Source of the DNA: a virus
Taxonomy: Duplodnaviria > Heunggongvirae > Uroviricota > Caudoviricetes
Virus record (IMG/VR): IMGVR_UViG_3300022178_000016
DNA: 64,000 nt
Reading direction: 5' to 3' (one strand)
Shown here: in pieces, positions 48,659-57,450 of the stretch
How positions within the stretch are numbered: position 1 is the first letter of the stretch
Layout: every line of letters starts with the position of its first letter
Made by a program: the position numbers and the translations under genes
Notes under the pieces: generated by a model
Databases searched by the model: none
Seen by the model: only the letters and a program-made list of their open reading frames with translations
What the model was told of the DNA's origin: nothing

Positions 48659-49377
48659 ATAAAAAAAAACTAGATTATGAAGAAGAGGACGATTTCTTGA
48701 AAATGATTGGTGTTGGTGGTAAATCCAGAATCTCCCGTTCAATTGTACAAACAGAACACTATTACCCACTAACTTATGAGATTGAATCCTTTGAACAAGT
48801 GGCTGAGTTGGTTGAATTACTCCTGTCTGTGCCCCCAACAGATGTTATTCGTATATTCATATCAACCAATGGTGGCAGATTAGATGTCTCAGAGCAGGTT
48901 GTGGCGGCGATACATGAAGCTCGTGAACGGGGTGTGATTGTTATTGCACAACTAGGTTTTAATGTCTGTAGTGCTGGTACATTCATTGCGTTGAGTTGCT
49001 CCGACTTGATTGTGTCACCCACAACAACCTTCATGGTTCACAACTGGTCGTCTGGAGTCAGTTATGGCAACACTGCCCACCAAATGAGAGATATAGCGTT
49101 CAGCCATGACCAGTCTGTTAAATTTATGACTGAAACTTACGGCACATTCCTTACACCAGAAGAGTTAGCTGATATTCTTGAACATCCGAAGGATTTATGG
49201 TTCAATGGTGAACAGGTATTGGAACGCTGGGCAGCAATGCAGATGGATAATGAGGAGGAAGATGGTGGAAGTATCACCTTAGATGACTTAATTGACCAAA
49301 GGGTGGAAGCTATCCTTGCAGCAAAGGAAGAAGCCAGTAAGAAACCTACAAAGAAAACACCAGCAACTAAGAAATAA
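48655..49377 (+). CDS. ClpP-like serine protease (S14 family)
   Basis: GFNVCSAGTFIA (catalytic Ser) and FMVHNW (His) match ClpP GxASMG...MIHQP. An acidic/basic C-terminal tail follows. Confidence 0.6.
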   Translation: MNKKKLDYEEEDDFLKMIGVGGKSRISRSIVQTEHYYPLTYEIESFEQVAELVELLLSVPPTDVIRIFISTNGGRLDVSEQVVAAIHEARERGVIVIAQLGFNVCSAGTFIALSCSDLIVSPTTTFMVHNWSSGVSYGNTAHQMRDIAFSHDQSVKFMTETYGTFLTPEELADILEHPKDLWFNGEQVLERWAAMQMDNEEEDGGSITLDDLIDQRVEAILAAKEEASKKPTKKTPATKK

Positions 49378-49437
49378 AGCTTTACAGACAACTTGGGGAG
49401 GTTTATTATCTCCCCATACCAACAACAGAGGAAATAG

Positions 49438-49585
49438 TATGAGTAGTATGGGCAATTTTATCATTGAAAAAGAAGATCGTAATGAGTGGCATGAAGACTG
49501 GGACTCCTATTGGGATCATTTACCAGAATATCGTGCAGATGTGGATGCTGAAGTAGTGGAATCAGTTAAAAATAATATGAATTAA
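49438..49585 (+). CDS. hypothetical small protein (49 aa, Trp/His-rich)
   Basis: Internal ATG of ORF 49292..49585 with a GGAAATAG-type RBS. The longer ORF overlaps the ClpP-like gene. Confidence 0.3.
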
Positions 49586-49592
49586 GGGGAAA

Positions 49593-49874
49593 TTGATGTC
49601 TAAGAAAGTGAAAATGAGTGTTGTAACACCAGAAGTATTCACAGAGGACGAGTTTTCAGACCCCGCAAGCTACTTCATTGTAGATTGCATGGGAAATAGA
49701 AATTATTTTCATTGCCGTGGTCGTAAAGAGGCTCAAGAAGCTGCTGACGAAGAATATGGCAAAGGTAAGTATGTAATTAAGACAACAAAGATGATTAAAT
49801 CAGGTAATGAGGCTACTGCTGTCGGGAGAATTAACAGCCGCAGTAGGCAAGGCTCCAGACCAATAAGTAATTAG
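49593..49874 (+). CDS. hypothetical protein (93 aa)
   Basis: ORF with a GGGGAAATTG RBS. Confidence 0.45.
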   Translation: MMSKKVKMSVVTPEVFTEDEFSDPASYFIVDCMGNRNYFHCRGRKEAQEAADEEYGKGKYVIKTTKMIKSGNEATAVGRINSRSRQGSRPISN

Positions 49875-49882
49875 GAGGTTAA

Positions 49883-50317
49883 GTGAGTAATTGGGACATA
49901 AGATTTTTGGAAATGGCAAGACTTGTCAGTAATTGGAGTAAAGACCCTTCATCTAAGTTTGGAAGTGTTATCGTTGATGACGAAAAGAGAATAGTAAGTG
50001 TTGGGTTCAATGGATTTGCTAAAGGTTTTGATGATTCAGATGAGAGATTGTTAAATAGAGAGTTCAAGTACCGCCATGTACTTCATAGTGAAGAAAATTG
50101 CATATTAAACGCTAGACAAGATATTAAAGGGTTTACAATCTACGTTACTGGAGTCCCTTGTAGTTTATGTATGAGCAGAATTGCACAGTCTGGCTTGACA
50201 AAAGTGGTATCTTATAAACCAACAGAGGATTATTTGTCTCGTTGGAGTGTAGATGAACCTTTACAAGTAGCTAAAGAGTGCGATATTATCGTTGAACAAA
50301 TTGAGGAGGAAATATGA
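49883..50317 (+). CDS. dCMP deaminase
   Basis: Zinc-binding HSEENCILNA ... PCSLCMSRI (HxE...PCxxC). GTG start 5 nt after AGGAGG. Confidence 0.7.
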   Translation: MSNWDIRFLEMARLVSNWSKDPSSKFGSVIVDDEKRIVSVGFNGFAKGFDDSDERLLNREFKYRHVLHSEENCILNARQDIKGFTIYVTGVPCSLCMSRIAQSGLTKVVSYKPTEDYLSRWSVDEPLQVAKECDIIVEQIEEEI

Positions 50318-51387
50318 GAAAATTAGTTAGTATTCGTAAGATTACAGGAATCGAACCTATCGTCGGAGCAGATCGTATAGAAATAGTTCAAGTAGATGGT
50401 TGGGAAGTTGTTGCACAAAAGAGAATTCATTCTATTGGTGACACTGTTGTCTATTTTGAACTAGACAGCTTCTTACCAGAATCAGACAGTCGATTTGAAT
50501 CGTTTATGAAATTCGGCACTCGTACATTTGACGGTGTGGTTGGTCACAGAGTTAAAACTGTCCGGTTAAAAGGAGTATATAGTCAGGGTGTTATCATGCC
50601 AGTATCTGAATTCCCTGAGATTGCAGACCCACAGGAAGATGCAGATTACTCTGAAGTTATTGGTGTGGTTAAATGGGAAGCTCCACAAGAGCGTGGGGAA
50701 GGTATGGGCTATCAAGGAGATAAGAAAGGTACATTCCCTTGGTTCCTTCGTAAAAGTGATCAGGAACGTATTCAGAACCTCTATGGTAAGTTATCACAGA
50801 CTAACTATGAAACTGAGTTTGTTGGTACACTTAAGATGGATGGGAGTTCGATTACTGTGGGGTTTGTTCTTGGTGAGAAGTATGAGGATAAGCGATTCTT
50901 CTTCTGTTCAAGAAATCAAGAACTTAAACTACCGGAGTGTGCAATTACCCCAGAGTCTCTTAAAGAGCAAGGTAAGTTCTTTCAAGGGGCTTATAACTCA
51001 AAATTATTCACTAAGGTTTTGGAGCTTCATAAAATGTATGGGGGTTACTATGCAATCCAAGGTGAACTAGTTGGTGCAGGTATCCAAAGTAACTTTGAAA
51101 AGTTTGACACGTACCAAGTATTCGCTTATAATATCTTTGACATTGAGAAACAACAATTTGTTGACTACAACACTTTCACTCAAATGGCTGAAGCTGTTGA
51201 CTTACAAATTTGTCCAGTTGTTTATCAGAAACAAAGGATTCTTCAGGAACCTCTTAAGGATATTCTAGCTTTGGCTAATGGCACTGGATTGAATGCTGAG
51301 TATAGAGAAGGTATCGTGTGGAAACAGGTTGACGGGGATTGTCAATTTAAGGCAATATCAAATAGGTACTTAGAGAAGCAGAAGTGA
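50314..51387 (+). CDS. ATP-dependent RNA ligase (Rnl) with N-terminal OB/tRNA-binding-like domain
   Basis: Motif I KMDGSS near residue 185 and motif IV/V EGIVWK. The N-terminal IEPIVGADRIEIVQVDGWEVV resembles a Myf/Trbp111-type tRNA-binding OB fold. The architecture is like Rnl5 (DraRnl/NgrRnl); this is an inference. Confidence 0.55.
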   Translation: MRKLVSIRKITGIEPIVGADRIEIVQVDGWEVVAQKRIHSIGDTVVYFELDSFLPESDSRFESFMKFGTRTFDGVVGHRVKTVRLKGVYSQGVIMPVSEFPEIADPQEDADYSEVIGVVKWEAPQERGEGMGYQGDKKGTFPWFLRKSDQERIQNLYGKLSQTNYETEFVGTLKMDGSSITVGFVLGEKYEDKRFFFCSRNQELKLPECAITPESLKEQGKFFQGAYNSKLFTKVLELHKMYGGYYAIQGELVGAGIQSNFEKFDTYQVFAYNIFDIEKQQFVDYNTFTQMAEAVDLQICPVVYQKQRILQEPLKDILALANGTGLNAEYREGIVWKQVDGDCQFKAISNRYLEKQK

Positions 51388-51575
51388 GAATTAACACAAC
51401 CTCACCAAAAGAATGGTTAGATGCTTTAAAACAACATTGGGATTTATTCAACAACAGAGATGAGGGACAATGATGAGGATATTCTTGTCATGTCTTTCGA
51501 GAAGACAATGAATAGGGTTGTTGGGTATTATAGTAAATTAACTAAATGTGGGTATATGTTCACTAAGGAGGTGCC

Positions 51576-51815
51576 TTGATAAATTTATTTGCTTCCCCTC
51601 TCTATTTGCAAGAAGATATAGAGGCTTTGCTGGGAGATACAGACAACCCCAGAGTTAAAGTAGCTTTATCTGATATTGCTAGTGATTTGCAAGCAATCTA
51701 TGAGTTTACTAAAGCTATAGACAAGTGGAGTAGTAGAAAGAGTTCAGATAATGACTTACTCATTTCTTATAATATTTTTTGCAGCAATCGTGGGAGAGTT
51801 AGATATGAAAATTAG
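51576..51815 (+). CDS. hypothetical protein (79 aa)
   Basis: ORF. Confidence 0.4.
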   Translation: MINLFASPLYLQEDIEALLGDTDNPRVKVALSDIASDLQAIYEFTKAIDKWSSRKSSDNDLLISYNIFCSNRGRVRYEN

Positions 51816-52431
51816 TAAAACAGATAAACTACTACTTATACTTAAAACATTGTGGAGGATACCAGCCGCTCTAATATTTATGTCTCCCTTATTGTTTTTG
51901 GTTTGTGGTATAATGTATGAAAACCTAGCACTATTAATTTTAGTACCAGTAGTCCCTTTACTATTCAGGGGATTGATGTCCCCGATAGGTAAGTTTCCTG
52001 CCCACTTTAACCAAGAAGCTATCGAACGTTATGATTTACCTTCTTGGTTGTTATGGGCCTCAACTCCAGACGAAAAATTACCAGCGGGAATGTATGAAAA
52101 ACAAGCTGCTTGGGTTTATAAATACTTTGGTACAACAGTATGTTCAATGTATTGGATATTGGTTCGTAATGTTGGTAGTGGTATTATGTGGAAGAGGGCA
52201 ATACCTTTAGGAGCTATCTACGATAAAGATATTGATCATAATGATGTAAATGTATTGAAAGCTGTTGCTGAACAGGTTAAGATGGATAATAATCTTCTCC
52301 CAGTCAAGTGGGGTGTATTCAAACTACACTGGGAGTTGACTAAAGATTTTTATGGGGTGCTACATGATTTCAAAAGTGAGGGTTGGAAGAAGTGCGGTTA
52401 CGTAGCAAAACTTGAAATAGGGGTGTGGTGA
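51805..52431 (+). CDS. membrane protein (N-terminal TM bundle plus soluble domain)
   Basis: The internal start MKISKTDK avoids overlap with the upstream ORF. Four predicted TM helices. Confidence 0.45.
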   Translation: MKISKTDKLLLILKTLWRIPAALIFMSPLLFLVCGIMYENLALLILVPVVPLLFRGLMSPIGKFPAHFNQEAIERYDLPSWLLWASTPDEKLPAGMYEKQAAWVYKYFGTTVCSMYWILVRNVGSGIMWKRAIPLGAIYDKDIDHNDVNVLKAVAEQVKMDNNLLPVKWGVFKLHWELTKDFYGVLHDFKSEGWKKCGYVAKLEIGVW

Positions 52432-52772
52432 TTATGAAATTTAGTAAACCAAAACTGACTAAGTGTAGATCGAGTGAATTATGGATGTGTGATGGAGGTT
52501 ATACAACCTACGCATCAACCCCTGAGAAGGCTTACAACGAGTGGTTAGCTAAAGAGACAGCAGAACCCTATCACCTGTATTCTGAGAGGTCTATGAAAGA
52601 GTTGTTTGAGAGGTTGGATAAAAATAAGAAGGAGAACCCTGAGATGTTCGAGAAGAAGATTTATAGTGGCAGACCTTCTGCACCTGAACCACTAGAGATT
52701 ATTTATCAAAAGATTAGGGTTGGTACTTGGGTTCCTAAGTGGTTTAGTAAATTATTTGGAGGAAATCAATGA
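52425..52772 (+). CDS. hypothetical protein (115 aa)
   Basis: ORF. Confidence 0.45.
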   Translation: MVIMKFSKPKLTKCRSSELWMCDGGYTTYASTPEKAYNEWLAKETAEPYHLYSERSMKELFERLDKNKKENPEMFEKKIYSGRPSAPEPLEIIYQKIRVGTWVPKWFSKLFGGNQ

Positions 52773-53023
52773 ATCTAGCAAAGATACTCTTAAACTCCAA
52801 ACAAGAGTTTAATGGACATAAACAGATGGAGTTTAAGGGTGGAATATCCTTAAAGCAATGTATCAAGCTCTGTAAGGCTTTAGAGGAGCTTGAGCCTAGT
52901 TACTCTTTTGTATGTGAAGTGTGGACAGATGGTGGTGTAACAATCTACCAGAAAGATTATTGGCCTAAAGGTGTACATCCTACGGGGTGTGTTGATCGTA
53001 TTATATTAGCTGTGGAGGTTTAG
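52769..53023 (+). CDS. hypothetical protein (84 aa)
   Basis: ORF. Confidence 0.45.
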   Translation: MNLAKILLNSKQEFNGHKQMEFKGGISLKQCIKLCKALEELEPSYSFVCEVWTDGGVTIYQKDYWPKGVHPTGCVDRIILAVEV

Positions 53024-53260
53024 ATGTCAAATTATGTATTCTTGTGGAAACCATATGAAGAACTTTATTTAAGTAAGGAAATATTAGCAGAACTTAAAGA
53101 ACTCACAACTCTTACAGATGATGGGTGGGAGCCTTATGAGAGTTTTAGTTGGGATAATGAAGATAATGAAATGTACCCTAACATAGCTAAATATGTGGAG
53201 AATACATATAATGAGTATTTCTTCTTTATAGATTTACATAGTGGGTATGCTGATGACTAA
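53024..53260 (+). CDS. hypothetical acidic protein (78 aa)
   Basis: ORF. Confidence 0.45.
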   Translation: MSNYVFLWKPYEELYLSKEILAELKELTTLTDDGWEPYESFSWDNEDNEMYPNIAKYVENTYNEYFFFIDLHSGYADD

Positions 53261-53459
53261 GTTAATTATAACAATGTTGAGTGTTTTCTTGTTTACGGGT
53301 TGTAGTAACGACACACCTGACCGTGAAATAGTAAAACACATACAAGAGACTTGTAGAAGTGCTGGAGGACAATATTTCACGGGGTATAGTGAGAGTCCCC
53401 TCGGTACATGGTCTATTGAGGTTGGTTGTGTATACCCTAAACAGGAGGTAGGATTATGA
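53241..53459 (+). CDS. small lipoprotein (72 aa)
   Basis: Signal peptide with lipobox LFTGCS. Confidence 0.45.
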   Translation: MGMLMTKLIITMLSVFLFTGCSNDTPDREIVKHIQETCRSAGGQYFTGYSESPLGTWSIEVGCVYPKQEVGL

Positions 53460-53570
53460 TTTGGATACTAGGTTTAATAACTGGTTTATCTTTTGACATG
53501 CCTGTTTGGTGGTGGGTAGTTGGATTCCTGCTTGGTATGGTTAGTGAAAGTACAGTGGAGAGTAGGTAAT
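53457..53570 (+). CDS. small hydrophobic peptide (37 aa)
   Basis: Unlisted ORF MIWILGLITGLSFDMPVWWWVVGFLLGM... Confidence 0.25.
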
Positions 53571-53964
53571 GGAACATAGAAATAAAATAGAGTATCTAGG
53601 TTATGACATCCTAGTGTACATAAACCATCAAGGTGATTTGTTTGTCACTATTGAACTTGATGGAACTCCTTTAGACTGTAAAGTAGGTAACACCACCCAA
53701 GCCGAGTATTACATAGAAGATTTAGTGTTCGAGAGGGATGGGTTCTTATTTGGGGAATCAAGGTTTAGAATTAGTGAAGATGAATTCATTAAGTTTGAAA
53801 ACACTCCTAAGATTAAGGAACTCGCTATTGGACACAATGTAGGTAAGAAAATGAAGTTTCTAGCTAACGCTTGTGAGATGGAGGTTGTTGGTAGATACCT
53901 TGGGCAAGACATAACTGAGAATTGTTATGATTATTTTAGTGTTTATTGTGGGAGTAAATTATGA
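53569..53964 (+). CDS. hypothetical protein (131 aa)
   Basis: ORF. Confidence 0.45.
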   Translation: MEHRNKIEYLGYDILVYINHQGDLFVTIELDGTPLDCKVGNTTQAEYYIEDLVFERDGFLFGESRFRISEDEFIKFENTPKIKELAIGHNVGKKMKFLANACEMEVVGRYLGQDITENCYDYFSVYCGSKL

Positions 53965-54197
53965 GTTTGTGTAACTGTGGAGAGCCGACAAGATATTCTC
54001 ACAAAGATGGTGATAGCTGTAATAAGTACTTCGTGTCCCCTACTTATGAACAACTCAGGAAGGAACATGTACATTATCGAAAATTATCTCAGATATATCT
54101 GGACACACTGACCTTAATCAGGGACACTAATGCTTGTGATTATGAATACAGAGGTTGGGCAAATAATGCTATCGAGTTAGGAGAGAGTTGGAAATGA
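53961..54197 (+). CDS. Cys-rich hypothetical protein (78 aa)
   Basis: Contains a CNCG...C cluster. Confidence 0.4.
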   Translation: MSLCNCGEPTRYSHKDGDSCNKYFVSPTYEQLRKEHVHYRKLSQIYLDTLTLIRDTNACDYEYRGWANNAIELGESWK

Positions 54198-54484
54198 ACT
54201 ACAAAGTAGTTAGTAACTTAGGTACACTGTATGAAGGTGGTAGTCTGGAGGAAGCAAGGCAATCTGTAATTAGTTGTTTAGAAGTGGAAGCTTGTTTTGG
54301 GTATGATTATTGGGAGACTGAACGCAGACAGTGTTGGGATAAAGGAAACTACCTACAAGAAGCTTGGTGGTCACTTCCAGAGAAGAATCAATATAGACCA
54401 CACATGAGTCTTGATTGGTGTTGTATATGTCATCAAGACATTAGTAAGTTTGTTGAAATACAGGAGGTGTTGGGTGAACAATAA
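54194..54484 (+). CDS. hypothetical protein (Cys/Trp-rich)
   Basis: ORF 54188..54484. The ATG at 54194 is the likely start. Confidence 0.4.
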   Translation: MNYKVVSNLGTLYEGGSLEEARQSVISCLEVEACFGYDYWETERRQCWDKGNYLQEAWWSLPEKNQYRPHMSLDWCCICHQDISKFVEIQEVLGEQ

Positions 54485-54770
54485 AGAACTAGACATAAAA
54501 CTCAAAGAAGCTGGGTTACTGACAATAGAACAACTTATGAATGCTCTAGCACATCCTTTATTCATGCACAGTGGTGTGGTTGATATTCCCTCACTCCAGA
54601 AGTGGGTAAAGATGCGTTATGAAGAAAGCTTACGGATGAAGGCTAGAGTACAACTAGAAGAGGGTATGGATAGCGAGAGTGACTTAGCTGAATGGGCTAT
54701 AGCGTTCTCTGCTGTGTTTGGTGAGGTACACCATCATTTAACTAAGATACTGGGAGATGTAGAATGTTAG
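54474..54770 (+). CDS. hypothetical protein
   Basis: GTG start at 54474, 6 nt after an AGGAGG RBS. This avoids the 74-nt overlap of the longer ORF. Confidence 0.4.
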   Translation: MNNKELDIKLKEAGLLTIEQLMNALAHPLFMHSGVVDIPSLQKWVKMRYEESLRMKARVQLEEGMDSESDLAEWAIAFSAVFGEVHHHLTKILGDVEC

Positions 54771-54943
54771 CTTTTACAATTTATATAGTGGGTGTTATTG
54801 GGGCGATGTACTTTTTCTTGTCTATGGCAGATAAAGGGGAAGAGATATTCGCAATAGGCACAGCAATACTCTGGCCTTTAGTTATTGTGGCTGGTATCTG
54901 TCTAATAGTAAGTGAAGAGATTAAGTCTCGGAGGATTAAATGA
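54764..54943 (+). CDS. small two-TM membrane protein (59 aa)
   Basis: Unlisted plus-strand ORF MLAFTIYIVGVIGAMYFFL... It is preferred over the antisense ORF 54781..54978. Confidence 0.35.
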   Translation: MLAFTIYIVGVIGAMYFFLSMADKGEEIFAIGTAILWPLVIVAGICLIVSEEIKSRRIK

Positions 54944-55254
54944 GTAGTGGAAGAACAAAGAACTTTAAGTATGACCAAGTAATTACAGTAAACCTTGATC
55001 CAAGTGATGGTTATAAGATTGTAGCTACAAGACGTACAGCTGATATACTTCAGGAAGAAGTGGATGAGGTTGAGAAAGAGATGTATCTACACGTTGAACG
55101 AACTATAGTAGCACTTAGATCAGGTATAGAAAGAGAACTCTTACCAAGAGACTATAGACTTAAGTATGGTATCGAGAGACTAACGCCAGAGTATGGGGTT
55201 TACTTGAGATCTGAATCTCTTATACTTAAGGAGGTACAAGATGAACGGAACTGA
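54940..55254 (+). CDS. hypothetical protein (104 aa)
   Basis: ORF. Confidence 0.45.
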   Translation: MSSGRTKNFKYDQVITVNLDPSDGYKIVATRRTADILQEEVDEVEKEMYLHVERTIVALRSGIERELLPRDYRLKYGIERLTPEYGVYLRSESLILKEVQDERN

Positions 55255-55435
55255 TAATGAGATTAGGCTCTTTGATGGCCAGTGGGTTAATATTGTAAAT
55301 GCTAACGATTGTTGGGAAGGCCACACAAAAGAAGAGGCTGTTCATGAAGCTGTGAAAATGGTAGAGGAAGCAATGGCACTAAACATTAGGGATAATTTGT
55401 GGCCAATAAGAAGGGAGTTCCAGCGTAATGATTGA
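55241..55435 (+). CDS. hypothetical protein (64 aa)
   Basis: ORF. Confidence 0.4.
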   Translation: MNGTDNEIRLFDGQWVNIVNANDCWEGHTKEEAVHEAVKMVEEAMALNIRDNLWPIRREFQRND

Positions 55436-55715
55436 AAGACCTACAATCTCAGCAAAAGAGTGGAGACGTAAGGTGAATGCTGGTGAGATTACAATCATCA
55501 ACCCACCAAGTAGAGACCTATACAAAGAAGCCACCTTACTGCAAAGTGGTGAGTGGTTACAAAAACAAGGTGATCAGTATTTCCTGTTTGACTGCTATTC
55601 TCACCACTATGCGGAATTGACCATTGAACAAGTTGTTGAGGTATTAGTGAGAGAGGTGAAGAATCTCGATAGGAAGTATAATGCACACCCATCAGACAGA
55701 TGTAGAGAGGCTTAA
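55428..55715 (+). CDS. hypothetical protein (95 aa)
   Basis: ORF. Confidence 0.45.
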   Translation: MIERPTISAKEWRRKVNAGEITIINPPSRDLYKEATLLQSGEWLQKQGDQYFLFDCYSHHYAELTIEQVVEVLVREVKNLDRKYNAHPSDRCREA

Positions 55716-55845
55716 AGAAGATATAGTACAAGAGTACATACAAGCTATGAAGTACCATGTGGATCATGATTGTCTCATTCTAAAAGAGGTGAACAAGATA
55801 CACAGAGAAGTAGTTAAATATCTTAAAGAGAAGGAGGAGTAATAA

Positions 55846-56205
55846 TTGTTCTACCACAGTTATGAACAACAAGTTAGAAGGGCTATAGTTCAAGTACACA
55901 ACACCTGTTTCTACTGTAAACTTAACAGTTGTTCTAACGTAGACCACCTATTCCCAGTATCCAAGGGTGGAATTAGTTACTTAGTCAATATGGTAGGTTC
56001 TTGTAAGAAATGTAATGGGTTGAAGGGCAATCAACTACCCGTACTAGATGTTTACCTTGCTGCAAGAGAATATTGTGAGGAAAGGCAATATGAAGTAAAG
56101 AAACTAATAGACTACTGGGGTTGGCCTGTTCGTTGGATTGACTACATAGAACCTAAGTATCATTCGGAAAGAGAGGTCTTTGAGATAAAGATGGAACATA
56201 ATTAA
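55846..56205 (+). CDS. HNH endonuclease (small, free-standing)
   Basis: CFYC ... DHLFPVSKGG ... NMVGSCKKCNGLKGNQ matches the HNH CxxC-H-N-CxxC arrangement. Confidence 0.65.
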   Translation: MFYHSYEQQVRRAIVQVHNTCFYCKLNSCSNVDHLFPVSKGGISYLVNMVGSCKKCNGLKGNQLPVLDVYLAAREYCEERQYEVKKLIDYWGWPVRWIDYIEPKYHSEREVFEIKMEHN

Positions 56206-56217
56206 ATAGGATAAACA

Positions 56218-57450
56218 ATGACATATACTTTTAGCAGTTCACAGAAAGCAGCTTATGATGCTGTACAGAAAGGTAAGAACATATTCATCACAGGGAGTGG
56301 CGGCAATGGCAAGAGCTACCTAACACGAGCTTTAACCACCCCAAACACCCTTGTGTGTGCCCCTACAGGTATTGCCGCCATGAATGTGAAAGGTACTACA
56401 TGTCATAGGGCTTTTGGCCTGCCTATGGGATTACCGGAAGCCAAAGATTTTAACATTATTGGTAGGAAACAAAGGGATGTATTATCCACAGTAGACCGTA
56501 TCATTATAAGTGAAGTGGGGATGTTACGTGTAGACCTTCTTGAGCTTATTGACCGTAAACTGAAGTTGGCAAGATGTAACAAGAAACCCTTTGGGGGAGT
56601 ACAAATGATTGTAGAGGGAGACTTCTTTCAATTGGAACCTATTGTAAGTAGAAATGAATGGGAACTATTCTACAGTAAGTACACATCCCCTTACTGCTTT
56701 AGTTCTAAGGTGTGGGACTTTGAAACCTACCATCTAACCGAACCACAGCGTCACCCAAAGATAGAACAATATAACCTCTTGAACAGGATGCGCTCTGGGG
56801 ATCAGTTAGCATTAGCAGAGTTATTGTCAAGTACAGGAGAATATAAACTTTCAGAAGACCTATTACATTTGTGTTGCTACAATGACGATGCTCATAAAGT
56901 AAACAATCATTGGTATAATAAGAACACTAACCAAGAAGCTGTATTCGTAGCACACCTGCAAGGTAAGATTAGTGAGAAAGATGTCCTTGTCCCTCAGATA
57001 CTTAAGCTTAAAGTGGGTTGCAAGGTGTTACTATGTGCTAACGACTTAGGGAGTCAATATGTAAACGGAGATAGTGGCACAGTAATCTCTATGGATAACC
57101 AGAGCATTAAAGTGAGGTTAATCAGTGGTATTACAGTAGAGGTGGAGAGTTTTACATGGGAAACCTACAATTATACCAAGGTCAGTGATAAGATAGTCAA
57201 AGAAGTGGTTGGTAGTTTCACCCAATACCCAATAACATTAGGCTACGCAATCAGCATACATAAGGCTCAAGGGGTTACATTAGATCATGTGGCTGTCCAT
57301 GTAGGTAAAGGATGCTTCTCTGCTGGACAACTCTACGTGGCTGTAAGTCGTGTTAAGGATTTAGACAACTTAACTTTCCTCCGCAAAGAACAAGTGGCAC
57401 TAGACAATTTAATAGTAAGTGAACAGGTTAAGGATTTTTATGGACTCTGA
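56218..57450 (+). CDS. SF1 DNA helicase, Pif1/RecD/Dda-like
   Basis: Walker A GSGGNGKS, motif Ia CAPTGIAA, Walker B region ISEVGML and a C-terminal HKAQGVTLDHV motif. Confidence 0.7.
   Translation: MTYTFSSSQKAAYDAVQKGKNIFITGSGGNGKSYLTRALTTPNTLVCAPTGIAAMNVKGTTCHRAFGLPMGLPEAKDFNIIGRKQRDVLSTVDRIIISEVGMLRVDLLELIDRKLKLARCNKKPFGGVQMIVEGDFFQLEPIVSRNEWELFYSKYTSPYCFSSKVWDFETYHLTEPQRHPKIEQYNLLNRMRSGDQLALAELLSSTGEYKLSEDLLHLCCYNDDAHKVNNHWYNKNTNQEAVFVAHLQGKISEKDVLVPQILKLKVGCKVLLCANDLGSQYVNGDSGTVISMDNQSIKVRLISGITVEVESFTWETYNYTKVSDKIVKEVVGSFTQYPITLGYAISIHKAQGVTLDHVAVHVGKGCFSAGQLYVAVSRVKDLDNLTFLRKEQVALDNLIVSEQVKDFYGL

Noticed and set aside
51388-51470. Open reading frame continuing in another frame after the RNA ligase stop, as a possible frameshift extension
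   Set aside because: There is no slippery site, and the ligase already ends after motif V. It is more likely a chance ORF or a short leader.
54781-54978. 65-aa minus-strand ORF
   Set aside because: A co-directional plus-strand 59-aa membrane ORF (54764-54943) fits the gene flow better.
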